Assembly (NCBI GenBank): GCA_964349125.1
Contig: CAYGFH010000001.1
Location: forward strand, 644,801 to 708,800
DNA: 64,000 nt
Origin: an uncultured Gammaproteobacteria bacterium
GTDB taxonomy: Bacteria; Patescibacteriota; Microgenomatia; UBA10105; UBA927
Direction: 5' to 3'
Below, piece after piece: positions 44,243 to 54,171 of this stretch; position 1 is the stretch's first letter; the number at the start of each line of letters is the position of its first letter. The notes below the pieces were generated by a model. It saw only the letters and a program-made list of their open reading frames with translations, ran no database searches and was not told where the DNA came from. The position numbers were made by a program, and so were the translations under genes.

Positions 44243-45216
44243 AAAAATTTATTGTGTTTTTATTTATAATTACAGTGGTCGTGTTGCTGGTTATCGTGTG
44301 GTCTACTCGTAAGAATTCCGTGGTTCAGACGCCTCAGAACGATCTCCTTCCTCCTAGAACAGCACCGTTGTTGTCTGCCCCACGCAACATAGTGTTTCCT
44401 GGTGAAGAAAATGTGGTATTCTCTTATGGTGTCGCGTTGCCTGAACTTCCAAAAGAATTGCCTTCTTACTCAACAGCGTACCCGCAAAATATAGATGTCT
44501 CAGTTGCGGAGCTTGCCAAGATTTGGGGATTTACCTCACCGCTAAAAAAACCGGTTCCGTATGTATTTGATTGGGTCGAAAAAGATAAAAATCTTTCGGT
44601 AAACACTCGGACAAACACACTTACTTTTGCTTATTTTTATCCTGCTACAAGCTCTTCTATGGTTCGTAGACTCGCGCAGGGGTCGGTTTTAAAGGACATC
44701 GCTGACGTTGGACTTCTCCCAAAGAGTCTCCTGCTAACAGAGACATCAAGAGAGGTGGATACCACACAAGGGGAGGGTCTTGATACAGAGGGTTTTCCCT
44801 CAACATTCATCTTCTATCAATACAAACTGGCAAATCAGCCGTATCCGTTTATATTCACAGGAGTAAATCAATATGCCGCAACCATTAGAGTATTGGCCGA
44901 TGGTGGCGTTGTTTCTTTTTCGCTGAGACTTCCTCCGTTTGTTAAGCCGCTAGAAAGCAAAAAAACGCTCACTCATGACGAAATATTGTTGTCGCTAAAT
45001 GAAAACAAAGGCATACTAACTCGCGCAGGAGAGAAGTTTGGGTCAGACCCGTACAAACAAGTGGACAGCTTCTCTTCGGTTGAAATATCTTCTATTACTA
45101 TTGGATTTTTCTTTGACGCTGAAACAAAAAATTTTGACCCAATATACGTAATTTCAGGTACTGCGTTTGGGGACAGGGCCTATTCCGTCACATATTATCT
45201 GCGTGCAACGATGTGA
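44239..45216 (+). CDS. hypothetical secreted/membrane-anchored protein (VirB8/PrgL-position)
   Basis: 325 aa from MKKFIVFLFIITVVVLLVIV. Its start overlaps the upstream stop (ATGA). Single N-terminal TM, then a soluble domain. No motif recognised. Confidence 0.4.
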   Translation: MKKFIVFLFIITVVVLLVIVWSTRKNSVVQTPQNDLLPPRTAPLLSAPRNIVFPGEENVVFSYGVALPELPKELPSYSTAYPQNIDVSVAELAKIWGFTSPLKKPVPYVFDWVEKDKNLSVNTRTNTLTFAYFYPATSSSMVRRLAQGSVLKDIADVGLLPKSLLLTETSREVDTTQGEGLDTEGFPSTFIFYQYKLANQPYPFIFTGVNQYAATIRVLADGGVVSFSLRLPPFVKPLESKKTLTHDEILLSLNENKGILTRAGEKFGSDPYKQVDSFSSVEISSITIGFFFDAETKNFDPIYVISGTAFGDRAYSVTYYLRATM

Positions 45217-45227
45217 CGGGACGCGCC

Positions 45228-45252
45228 GTGCGGAATTTATGTTATCCGCACA
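45228..45252. terminator. 7-bp stem hairpin between convergent genes (GTGCGGA-atttatgttat-TCCGCAC)
   Basis: Inverted repeat seen directly. It overlaps the dnaN stop codon. No clear U-tract. Confidence 0.25.
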
Positions 45253-46340
45253 GGCATAATGATATGGAGATACGTTTCATCGTTTAACAGCTTAAATACT
45301 CCTGGATTTAGAGAGCCGGTCATTTCAAATAGAAGTACTTCTTCCTGAATTGTGGAAAGAAAATCCAACAGATATTTACTGTTAAATGCCATTTCCCCTC
45401 CTTCTCCCTCGACCTTTGCCTCAACCACAATCTGATCTTCCCCTACCTGCGGAGTGTTAGCGCTTACCACCACCTGCTGTTCTTGAATGTGCAGTCGTAT
45501 TATGTTCGCGCTGTCCCGTGCAAAAATACTGGCAGACCTGACCGCCCGAAGCAGGCTTTCCCTGTCAAACTGGACTCTCGTGTTATATTTTTGTGGGATA
45601 ATTCTGTTGTAATTGGGGTACTCTCCATCAATAAGGCGCGTTCGAATTTCAATATCGCCTATTGCAAATAACAATTGATTGTCTTTCTGCCTGGAAAGTA
45701 GAATTGTCTCGGTTTCTTTTTCTTCTGCGGCTATCTTCAGCACTTCTGCAATTGCTCTCGACGGGACCAAGAGATCAAGTCCTTGGGTAGACTCGATTGC
45801 CTGTTTTTTCACAGATAGTCGATATCCGTCCGTTGCCGCAAACACCATTTCTGTGCCGTTTTCGACAATTCTGACGCCTGTCAGAACGGGTCTTCCTTCA
45901 TCTGTTGCCGCACTGAAAACAACCCTGTTAAGATTTTTTATTACCTGTGACTTTTCCATCTGAATTGGCTGCTTCAATGCTTCCTGTGGGATGAGCGGAT
46001 ATTCAGATGCAGAAACACCGGGGATGGTTGCGGTATACCCTGCACACTGAATCTGAAGCGCTCCGTCTACAACAGATAACACGATGGTGTCTTGTGGGAG
46101 AGACGATACGTATTCGCATATTAAGCGTGAGGGAACACAGATTCCGCCTTCTTTATTCACTTTTGCTCCAACAAGCAGCGTCTCCGTTGTTTCCAGATTG
46201 GTTGCTGTTATCTTTAGTCTTCCTGCCTCCGTTGTTAACAACACATGCTGTATAATTGGTAATTGTGGTTTAGAAGGGACTATGCGGCCCGCTCTTATGA
46301 GCGCTCGCAGTAAATTCACTTGTAATACTTGTAGGTCCAT
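45237..46340 (-). CDS. dnaN: DNA polymerase III beta subunit (sliding clamp)
   Basis: 367 aa. Three-domain clamp pattern with N-terminal MDLQVLQVNLLRAL and a C-terminal ...LNPGVFKL...MPVRI. Confidence 0.85.
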   Translation of the reverse strand: MDLQVLQVNLLRALIRAGRIVPSKPQLPIIQHVLLTTEAGRLKITATNLETTETLLVGAKVNKEGGICVPSRLICEYVSSLPQDTIVLSVVDGALQIQCAGYTATIPGVSASEYPLIPQEALKQPIQMEKSQVIKNLNRVVFSAATDEGRPVLTGVRIVENGTEMVFAATDGYRLSVKKQAIESTQGLDLLVPSRAIAEVLKIAAEEKETETILLSRQKDNQLLFAIGDIEIRTRLIDGEYPNYNRIIPQKYNTRVQFDRESLLRAVRSASIFARDSANIIRLHIQEQQVVVSANTPQVGEDQIVVEAKVEGEGGEMAFNSKYLLDFLSTIQEEVLLFEMTGSLNPGVFKLLNDETYLHIIMPVRIT

Positions 46341-46383
46341 ATGTGTTTAGAATTATTACTATAGTATTAGTAATAGAAAGCGG

Positions 46384-46530
46384 TGTGGAAAAGTGTATGT
46401 CTTTTTCATGTGTAAGTCAACGGATCGCTCTGATCGAACAAGTAGTGTGTTTGATCGGAGAAAACCCTGTGGATCCTAATGTGGATAACTGTGTGGATAA
46501 CCATCATTAAAATGTGAATAAGTGGATAAG
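46384..46530. other. oriC candidate: DnaA-box cluster between dnaN and dnaA
   Basis: TGTGGATAA-type boxes (= TTATCCACA on the minus strand) at 46468-76 (TGTGGATCC), 46480-88, 46492-500, 46513-21 (TGTGAATAA), 46522-30 (GTGGATAAG) and 46384-92 (TGTGGAAAA). All share one orientation. An AT-rich tract sits at 46351-46380. Confidence 0.6.
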
Positions 46531-46539
46531 CAAAACAAA

Positions 46540-47943
46540 CTATACCCACAGCTTGCTTTTTATCCCCGCCACATCCCCTCTCAGTCTTTCGTTTGTGGAT
46601 AATTCTTTGGTTATAGATTCTACACCATGCATCACAGTGGTATGATCACGCCCCCCCAAAAGCCCCCCTATATCACCATGCGTAAGCCCAAGCTCTGTTC
46701 TGCAGAGATACATAAACACTTGCCGTGGCCTCGCGATTGGCCTATCTCTTTTTGGACCCCTTAATGCAGTTGATTTAACCCCAAAATGTATGGCAACCGC
46801 ATCCAGCAAATCTTGCGGAGGCACTCTCTTTTGTGCTTTCTCAGAAGATTTTAACGCAGGTTTAATGCTGAGAAGAGATGCTATTAATTCAGTTGTCACC
46901 TCTGTGTTTTTTGTCGCGGTTTCGGTGATAAGCCTCCGGAGAAAACCCTCAATCGCTCGCGTATCAGATATGTTTGCAGCAATAAGTTGAGCAGATTCCG
47001 ATGACACTGTTAAACCGAGTGCCGCAGATTTGATATTTATAATGGCCACCCGAAGCTCGAAGTCTGGGTTTGCGACATCTACCGTCAACCCGCCCTCAAA
47101 TCTGCTTCGTAGCCTGTCTTCCAACTTGGAAATCTCCGTGGGCGGCCTATCAGAGATGAGAATTATTTGTCCACCCTCTCTGTGAACAGCGTTGAACGTA
47201 TGGAAAAACTCCTCCTGTGCAGTTAATTTACCCGCAATGAACTGCACATCATCAACAAGAAGAAGTTGAGCGTTCCTGTACTTTTGCTTAAATTGTCTGG
47301 CGGTCTTTGTTTGGATTGCTTCGACTATTTCGTTTAAGAACTCCTCCCCCATACAATACACAACCTTTGTATTTGGACGACGCTGCAAAATACTGTTTGC
47401 GACGGCATGCATCAGGTGTGTCTTCCCTACCCCCACACCACCGTAGATAAAGAGAGGATTATACGCGGTTCCAGGGGATCTTGCGACTGCGGTGGCGGCA
47501 GCATACGCCATTTGGTTGGTTGTTGAAACCGCAAAGTTCTCAAACGTTGCATCAGGCCTGATGTGAAGCCTTCGGGAAAGCGATGTTAGATCAGACTCTT
47601 TTTGTGCGACGGTTGTTGCAAAAAGAGGCCCCGCCTCTTTGTCAGTAAGCGTTTCTTTTTTAGGAACGACCGAAAATACCATGCTGATATTTTCGTGAGT
47701 GTGATGGTCTAATATGCTCTTAACCAGCGAATAGTATCGCGTCTCAACAAGAGTTCTCATGAGGGGGCTGGTAAAGCTTATAGAGGCAACATTGTCAGAT
47801 AGAGACAAGAGTTTTGAGCTGGCAAAATGCGTTTGAAATGTCGCCTTTGATACCGACAATTCAATCTCAGCCAAAACAGTTTTCCAAAGTTTTTCAGTAT
47901 CCATGGTGTATATAGAGGCAGTCCGTCGCTCTTGTAGAGGCAA
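46540..47943 (-). CDS. dnaA: chromosomal replication initiator protein DnaA
   Basis: 467 aa. AAA+ Walker A GGVGVGKTHLMHA, Walker B LLLVDDVQF, sensor motifs and C-terminal DNA-binding domain (...GGRDHTTVMHG...). Confidence 0.9.
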   Translation of the reverse strand: MPLQERRTASIYTMDTEKLWKTVLAEIELSVSKATFQTHFASSKLLSLSDNVASISFTSPLMRTLVETRYYSLVKSILDHHTHENISMVFSVVPKKETLTDKEAGPLFATTVAQKESDLTSLSRRLHIRPDATFENFAVSTTNQMAYAAATAVARSPGTAYNPLFIYGGVGVGKTHLMHAVANSILQRRPNTKVVYCMGEEFLNEIVEAIQTKTARQFKQKYRNAQLLLVDDVQFIAGKLTAQEEFFHTFNAVHREGGQIILISDRPPTEISKLEDRLRSRFEGGLTVDVANPDFELRVAIINIKSAALGLTVSSESAQLIAANISDTRAIEGFLRRLITETATKNTEVTTELIASLLSIKPALKSSEKAQKRVPPQDLLDAVAIHFGVKSTALRGPKRDRPIARPRQVFMYLCRTELGLTHGDIGGLLGGRDHTTVMHGVESITKELSTNERLRGDVAGIKSKLWV

Positions 47944-47960
47944 TCTGGGTTATATCATAT

Positions 47961-47979
47961 TGTGGATAAGTTGTCCACA
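47961..47979. promoter_or_regulatory. pair of DnaA boxes upstream of dnaA (TGTGGATAA at 47961-69, TTGTCCACA at 47971-79, inverted)
   Basis: Seen directly. Typical dnaA autoregulatory or origin boxes. Confidence 0.5.
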
Positions 47980-48016
47980 TCAGTTCTCCATGTACAGCGT
48001 GATACTATAGTACTAC

Positions 48017-50038
48017 ATGTTTTCTCGCACAATGTCTATCGTTCTATTCTGTGTTCTCGGATGCCTTCTTCTGCTTGGAGATGATAAACAGTCGATTGTG
48101 TTGATCACGTCTTCAGCGGGCGTGATAGGGCTGTTTGCGCACGACTGGTATATGGGAACACGAACATACAAAATACATAACACCATATTGGCTTCATGGC
48201 TTGTAGTCTTCGCTGTGCTCTGTCTTTCTTCTCTCACTGCCCTAAGTGTGGGATTTGCGGTGTGGGACAGTATTAAATATATCATAGCGTTTTTGCTATT
48301 TATATTCTTTTCTAATAGGAAAGAATATGGTCTTCAGTCTCACTTCCTGAGAGAGCTGTCCAATTGGACAGCTCTAGTGCTTGCAGTATCATATGCGTTT
48401 GAATATTTCCCGCTTTTACAGTCAGCAATTCCCAAAATGAACCTGTTATATAAATCGTATGGTCATAGCCATGTCGTGAATATCCTTGTGTTTACCCTAC
48501 CATATCTACTTATGAGCAATATGAAAACCAAATCCCTTCGCACAACAGGGTTTCTCTTGTTTGTGTTGATGGGAATCATCACGTCGTACGCACGCGGATT
48601 AGCGGTGTTACTGTCTGCGAGTTCTGTTATTTTTGTATTTGTGGGTATAAAAAATAAATCCCTACCCAAACTAGATATAGGCCGATTATTGCATGTATGC
48701 AGGATCTTACTACTAGGCGTAGGGCTGCTCATCTCAGCCATCATCTTATATCGGCAAATATCTCCAATCATCATCCGCCCTCCTCTGTCCAAAACCACGA
48801 TTTTTGAAAGCAGAATAGGATATTGGAAACAGTCGATTTTGGCAATTCAAGACCGTCCTCTGTTTGGAAGCGGTCCGGGTAGTTATTACCTGGTGTCAAA
48901 GAGATATCAGGATGAACAAAACAGGTATTCTTGGTTTGCTCACAGTTATCCACTTCAAACCGTTGTGGAATTAGGATTGGTAGGGTTTGTGTGCGTGGCA
49001 ATTTTATTGTATGTGACTATTACACACGGGCGACAAACCATTGGTGAAACCGATAATCGTCACCCTACGTGGATCAAGCAATCTATATTATTTGGTGCAA
49101 TCCTCTCTCTTGGGTATAGCGTTATAGAAATGAATTTAGATTTTACCGTCGTGTGGCTTATATTCTGGATATTTTTAGGCTTGTTGTCTCAACCGCGCTA
49201 TCACAGTGATGCAAAAAACACACAAAACAGAGAAATTAGCGTAGTAATTCCAATTATATTTCTCTGCATATTTTACGGCTGCGCTGTCGTTGCAGCAGCG
49301 CTGCAGCTACAACCCGGCGGGATAAAATTTGCGCTCAGGATAATGCCCCACGACGCGGGATTAGCAGAAAAATATTTGGATTATAGTACGATAGAAAACA
49401 ACCAGCCCATACATAACACGGAAGCAATATATTTGTTTCATCAACACAACTCAGAAATCTTGGCAAAAATAGCAAACACAAAGAAAGATGCACAGGCATA
49501 TGACTACTATATGTACAAGGCGATTCAGAATGACCCGAAAAATCGGTCACTGATAGAATCGTACATCACTGAAGTGGGCAAGAAAAACATACCAACGGGG
49601 ATATATAGAGTGGTACGCCTCTTGATTATGAATATATCCATAGACAAAAAATCAGACACCAAATTCATCGACAACAACTGGAACCGGATTCAGGAATGTT
49701 TTAATGAAGAAACCCTACTGTGGGTGGACCCCCCATACACAGACACGTATGAAGCAAAAACCCTGTACTTCGCAGCGCTTTGCTTAATAAAATCAAAAAA
49801 AATACAAGAAGCCAAATCGCTCCTAAAAATTGCGGTGAACTCTCGACCATCATGGAGCAGTATTTATATTGACTACGCAGCGCTGATATGGTGGAATGAT
49901 AGTGACAAACAACTTGCCGTAGCAAGCATAGAGATGTGCAAAAGTAACAAAAACGCGAAAAAGCATTGTTCCCAATTCGATCAGAATTTGTTTTTAGAGA
50001 CAAGTGTGTATGATGTAACCGCTCGCCTCAAAAACTAA
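48017..50038 (+). CDS. polytopic membrane protein, O-antigen ligase/polymerase-like, with C-terminal TPR-like region
   Basis: 673 aa. About 12 TM helices with a large external loop in the first 420 aa (Wzy_C-like). The C-terminal 250 aa are helical repeats. Confidence 0.4.
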   Translation: MFSRTMSIVLFCVLGCLLLLGDDKQSIVLITSSAGVIGLFAHDWYMGTRTYKIHNTILASWLVVFAVLCLSSLTALSVGFAVWDSIKYIIAFLLFIFFSNRKEYGLQSHFLRELSNWTALVLAVSYAFEYFPLLQSAIPKMNLLYKSYGHSHVVNILVFTLPYLLMSNMKTKSLRTTGFLLFVLMGIITSYARGLAVLLSASSVIFVFVGIKNKSLPKLDIGRLLHVCRILLLGVGLLISAIILYRQISPIIIRPPLSKTTIFESRIGYWKQSILAIQDRPLFGSGPGSYYLVSKRYQDEQNRYSWFAHSYPLQTVVELGLVGFVCVAILLYVTITHGRQTIGETDNRHPTWIKQSILFGAILSLGYSVIEMNLDFTVVWLIFWIFLGLLSQPRYHSDAKNTQNREISVVIPIIFLCIFYGCAVVAAALQLQPGGIKFALRIMPHDAGLAEKYLDYSTIENNQPIHNTEAIYLFHQHNSEILAKIANTKKDAQAYDYYMYKAIQNDPKNRSLIESYITEVGKKNIPTGIYRVVRLLIMNISIDKKSDTKFIDNNWNRIQECFNEETLLWVDPPYTDTYEAKTLYFAALCLIKSKKIQEAKSLLKIAVNSRPSWSSIYIDYAALIWWNDSDKQLAVASIEMCKSNKNAKKHCSQFDQNLFLETSVYDVTARLKN

Positions 50039-50039
50039 T

Positions 50040-51023
50040 ATGGTATATCCAAAGCATGCAATTATAGCGGTAACATTAAACTGTAATTCCCGATGCGTCA
50101 TGTGTGATATTTGGAAAAACCGTATCACCAACGAATTACTACCAGAGGAGTTTCTTAAATTGCCATCGTCTTTAATCGATATAAATATCACGGGCGGGGA
50201 ACCATTTTTAAGAAAAGATCTGGTCGAGATTATATACAATATGAAAAAAGCAGCCCCTCGCGCGAGGCTTGTAATGATTTCAAACGGATTTATGCCGCAC
50301 AGGGCGGCAGAAGATCTGCCCAAAATACGGAATATAGATCCTAACTTTGCATTTAGAGTGTCGATTGATGGCATGGGTAAAGCACATGACGATATTCGTA
50401 GAATTCCTGGAGGGTTCGATAAAATAATGAAAACACTTGATGCCGCACGTAAATCAGGTATAAAGGACTTGGGTGTTTCGTTTACGGTGATAGACCAAAA
50501 TGTAGATGAAATCCCAAAGGTGCGCGATTTTTGTAAACGCCAAAATCTTGAATTTTCTATAACGGTAGCAACAAATTCTGTTATTTACTTCGGCTCAGAC
50601 AAAGGTTCATTGCGCCCCAAAAACCCGAAGCAGCTCGAGCGAAGACTTTCAGATCTTTCACATGACCACTTCGGAAGATTCAGTCCCAAGGAAATAGTAA
50701 GAGGTTGGTTTGTGAAGGGCATGATAGATTATATTCATAGCGGAAAGCGCTCTCTGCCCTGTGATGCGGGACAGGGATTTTATTACATGGATTCAACAGG
50801 AAATGTGTTTACATGTCACTTGAAACCATGGATTATGGGAAACATCCGCAGCGATACAGTAGAGAAAATTTTTAGCAGAAATGTGTTTGCAAAGAACGTG
50901 GCTGATTGCAATGATTGTTGGATGGTTTGTACAGCAAAATCAATGATGAAAAAACGGTTAGCGGTAATTCTCCCGCAGGTTGTCCCTGAGGTGATAGATG
51001 CAGCCATCAGAAATATGTTTTAG
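50040..51023 (+). CDS. radical SAM protein (SPASM/twitch-type)
   Basis: 327 aa. CNSRCVMCDIW is the CX3CX2C cluster motif, with additional C-terminal Cys (CDAGQG..., CNDCWMVC). Confidence 0.7.
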   Translation: MVYPKHAIIAVTLNCNSRCVMCDIWKNRITNELLPEEFLKLPSSLIDINITGGEPFLRKDLVEIIYNMKKAAPRARLVMISNGFMPHRAAEDLPKIRNIDPNFAFRVSIDGMGKAHDDIRRIPGGFDKIMKTLDAARKSGIKDLGVSFTVIDQNVDEIPKVRDFCKRQNLEFSITVATNSVIYFGSDKGSLRPKNPKQLERRLSDLSHDHFGRFSPKEIVRGWFVKGMIDYIHSGKRSLPCDAGQGFYYMDSTGNVFTCHLKPWIMGNIRSDTVEKIFSRNVFAKNVADCNDCWMVCTAKSMMKKRLAVILPQVVPEVIDAAIRNMF

Positions 51024-51024
51024 T

Positions 51025-52035
51025 CTACGGGTTGTGAGACAATCGAAGGAACTGTTTTAAAAAATCATTGTAATCGCGAGTTTTAAAGAATGTAATTGGT
51101 TGGGTATGATCGTATTCTCCACGTAGAAAATCACCAACCAGGCATGTCCTTCCGAACTCCAACGCCTCTGCTACACCAATGGGAAATCCTTCGATCTCTG
51201 AGGGCAACACGAAAAACCTGCAGTTGCTGAGTAACTCGAATTTTTCATCCCCCAACACATACCCGGTAAAAAGCACATTTTTCCCTACTGCAGATTGTCG
51301 CAATATATTTTCATATTCTGAAGGATGGTTTGCCCCCCCAGCAATAACAATGGGTAGAGAGTTCCAAGCAGAAGCACTGACGAGCCATTCTATGCGTTTT
51401 TCCGGAACGAATCTACCCATGTAAAGAATATACTGATTTTTTTTCAACCCATACTTTTTTAGAGTTGCGCGTCCTTGTGTTTTTAGGCCGGTTGGCGCTA
51501 TATATTTGGCGAGGGTAATATCGCCTTTCCCGAACGCTCTATAATGCTCTGCTAGACCCTTTGACACAACAAATATTTTATTCGAAAACACCAAGGTAAC
51601 GGTCTCACAGAATTTTAAAAAAAGTTTAGCAACACTCCCCCACTTTTTCCTTTTCCAATCAAGCGCATGTATGGTGGTATACACCTGCTTGTGAAATAAA
51701 CGAGGAATAAACGAGAAGACCGCCGGTCCTATGCCGTGATACCACACTATGTTTGCGGGGCTCAGCGATGCGTGTATGGAGGCGATAAGGCTGTAGCTTA
51801 TGGTATCAAGATATGGGTTGTTTATGGAGGGTATTCGCACCAGTTTCGCGCCATAGACCGTTGGTTGACACTCATGTCTATGAGTCCATGACCGCACATA
51901 GCATCGAACAGAATATCTTTTGACTAATTCAGGAAGCTGAGCCTCCACATACCCCTCTATTCCGGAGGTTCCTACAAAGTCTTTTGGTAGCCCCCTCGGG
52001 CCAATAATCGCAATTGTACCCATAGACTTATACAT
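51025..52035 (-). CDS. glycosyltransferase family 4
   Basis: 336 aa. GT-B fold with the EGFPIGVAEALEFG motif. Confidence 0.7.
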   Translation of the reverse strand: MYKSMGTIAIIGPRGLPKDFVGTSGIEGYVEAQLPELVKRYSVRCYVRSWTHRHECQPTVYGAKLVRIPSINNPYLDTISYSLIASIHASLSPANIVWYHGIGPAVFSFIPRLFHKQVYTTIHALDWKRKKWGSVAKLFLKFCETVTLVFSNKIFVVSKGLAEHYRAFGKGDITLAKYIAPTGLKTQGRATLKKYGLKKNQYILYMGRFVPEKRIEWLVSASAWNSLPIVIAGGANHPSEYENILRQSAVGKNVLFTGYVLGDEKFELLSNCRFFVLPSEIEGFPIGVAEALEFGRTCLVGDFLRGEYDHTQPITFFKTRDYNDFLKQFLRLSHNP

Positions 52036-53128
52036 AAAATAACTGCAGGTATTTGTATATGTTGTGTATTGAATGATACGTTTTTGCGATACGTTTGGCT
52101 CGCGCTATCTTTGACCGCAAAGTGCTCAGTCGTGAAAGCGAATATTCAATTTTTTCACGCATTTCAGCATCCGTTGTAACTATGTATCCACTTTTTTCAT
52201 CCAAAACTTCATCGACGCCTTCAAATCGCTTGGTTATTACGAGGGTCCCGAGTGATAGTGCGTCAAGCATAGCCACAGGAAAACCTTCAGCGCTTCCAAT
52301 CGAATTACATATATATAATTTTGCCCGTCGCATCAAGGTAGAAATATTGATGATCGGAGCGAGAACAAATATATTACGTTCGAGTTTATGCTCCTGAATA
52401 AAACGTAAACAGGCGTCTTTTTGCGAGCCCTCCCCTACCAGTAAAAGAGTTAATGATGGCCTGCTCGAACATATTATGTCTCTGCACAGCTGCAACAGCG
52501 GAAGGATCTGCTTGGTATCCTCCAATCTTCCGGCATATATCAAATCAAACGGACGTAAATTTGTGGGCAGTTTTCCTAGTGCATATCTCGACCAGTTTGA
52601 AATTACGACTATTTTTTCACTGGGTATGCGGTATTCGTTAATGAGATTATCCTGTATTGCTTTAGTGGGCACAATAATCGAGTCAGCATTTGGGTATAAT
52701 AACCTAATGCCCATGCTTTGCAGCCACGGAAGCGCCATGGTTTGTAGTATTGTGGATGTGTAGTGGCCTTCATTAATCAATATGCGGGTATCTCTCCAGA
52801 AAAAAAGCATTCTTGAAGCAAGAATAGTCAGTGCATAGGGGCTGATAAATCCTAGGATTGTTGTGGGATTTTTTTGAAAAATATGATACCACGCCCACAG
52901 CATGAACAGCACGCTGCTATCAAATGGACACCAACGGTAAAAATCAAGAATATGAACGTTGGGATTTGTAATGATTGCCCGCAGATCAAAATCCCTCTGC
53001 TCTTTTAATACTATATACACACCTGTATTTGGATGGGTGCTCCCTATCTTATTTACGATATCGGTGATTCGCACCGGCATCCCCCCTAATCCCAAGTTCG
53101 AATAAATGATGAATATGGGCCTACTCAT
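52028..53128 (-). CDS. glycosyltransferase family 4
   Basis: 366 aa. AEGFPVAMLDALSLG motif. Confidence 0.65.
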   Translation of the reverse strand: MSRPIFIIYSNLGLGGMPVRITDIVNKIGSTHPNTGVYIVLKEQRDFDLRAIITNPNVHILDFYRWCPFDSSVLFMLWAWYHIFQKNPTTILGFISPYALTILASRMLFFWRDTRILINEGHYTSTILQTMALPWLQSMGIRLLYPNADSIIVPTKAIQDNLINEYRIPSEKIVVISNWSRYALGKLPTNLRPFDLIYAGRLEDTKQILPLLQLCRDIICSSRPSLTLLLVGEGSQKDACLRFIQEHKLERNIFVLAPIINISTLMRRAKLYICNSIGSAEGFPVAMLDALSLGTLVITKRFEGVDEVLDEKSGYIVTTDAEMREKIEYSLSRLSTLRSKIARAKRIAKTYHSIHNIYKYLQLFYV

Positions 53129-54117
53129 ACCGAATATAAATCCAAATGCGAAAAGAAGAAATCTGCAGTTTTAGTAAAGCCATAGTTGAAGTCGCGAAAT
53201 TTCTTTATCTTTGAGATGTTTTGTATTTTATCGTTATTTGCCCAGGTCTGAAGCATCTCGGCTGGAGATGCCGATTTGTACGAGCATTTCAATGTGAGTC
53301 CGTGCTGATGTATGACGTCCTCAGCAACATGTATTACGTCTTTTAACAAGAGTGGCCTCCCACTACCAAGATTGACAATCTGAAGCTTGTTAGGTCTATC
53401 AAGCAGCGCCAGAAACATCTGTAAAAAATCTTCTATATATGTCCAATCACGCGAAAGCACAGAAGGGCTATAAATATCAATTCTATTTTGCTGTTTTGCA
53501 GACATCAATAATTTAAGGGGAAGCATGTCTGGTCGACCGTTCGGACCGTATACACTAAATGGTCTGACAATAGTAGTCGGGATACCTGTGCGATCAAAGA
53601 AATTCTTTACGCCAATTTCCATAGAAGTCTTTGATGCTCCGTAAACTGATATTGGTGTATATAAATGAATATCTTCAGCCTCATTAAATGGGACAGTAGA
53701 AGTGTTGCCATATACAGATGAAGAGCTAAACACTACTGCGTGGCTGATATGTCTTCTACATGCCTCAAGCACGCTCAAGGTTCCTATAACATTCGTTGAG
53801 AAATACTGCAGTGGGTTCTCTTCTCCATTTCTCACTCCGACCTCAGCCGCAGCGTGAATAAGCGTTGTTGGTTTATAAGCATCGAGTATATTAATCAGAC
53901 GCTGCGTAGCTGTAATTGATTCATTATAGAACTTGAATTTTGGGTTAGTTTCAAATTCTGCGAGACGGAATTGTTTTATCTTCGAAGAATAGTACGGATT
54001 CAGATTATCGATGCCAATGACTGATTCTGTGTCTGATTTTTCTAATAATTCCCGGCATATATAACTTCCTATAAATCCTGCAGCTCCGGTGATAATATAC
54101 CTATTATGCATATACAT
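53125..54117 (-). CDS. NAD-dependent nucleotide-sugar epimerase/dehydratase (GalE/WbpP-like)
   Basis: 330 aa. Rossmann motif ITGAAGFIGSYICRELL and a YGASK catalytic triad region. Confidence 0.8.
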   Translation of the reverse strand: MYMHNRYIITGAAGFIGSYICRELLEKSDTESVIGIDNLNPYYSSKIKQFRLAEFETNPKFKFYNESITATQRLINILDAYKPTTLIHAAAEVGVRNGEENPLQYFSTNVIGTLSVLEACRRHISHAVVFSSSSVYGNTSTVPFNEAEDIHLYTPISVYGASKTSMEIGVKNFFDRTGIPTTIVRPFSVYGPNGRPDMLPLKLLMSAKQQNRIDIYSPSVLSRDWTYIEDFLQMFLALLDRPNKLQIVNLGSGRPLLLKDVIHVAEDVIHQHGLTLKCSYKSASPAEMLQTWANNDKIQNISKIKKFRDFNYGFTKTADFFFSHLDLYSV

Positions 54118-54171
54118 TGGTGATTGATAGCCATCATGATATCATCTTATGAATAATTAAGAAAACAATAT

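Noticed and set aside
26024-45216. Possibility that the T4SS-like locus is an integrative conjugative element or prophage-like mobile element
   Set aside because: No integrase, relaxase or replication-initiator gene and no flanking direct repeats are seen. The housekeeping gene nadD is embedded, and dnaN/dnaA/oriC are contiguous. Chromosomal apparatus appears more likely, though mobile origin cannot be excluded without neighbouring sequence.
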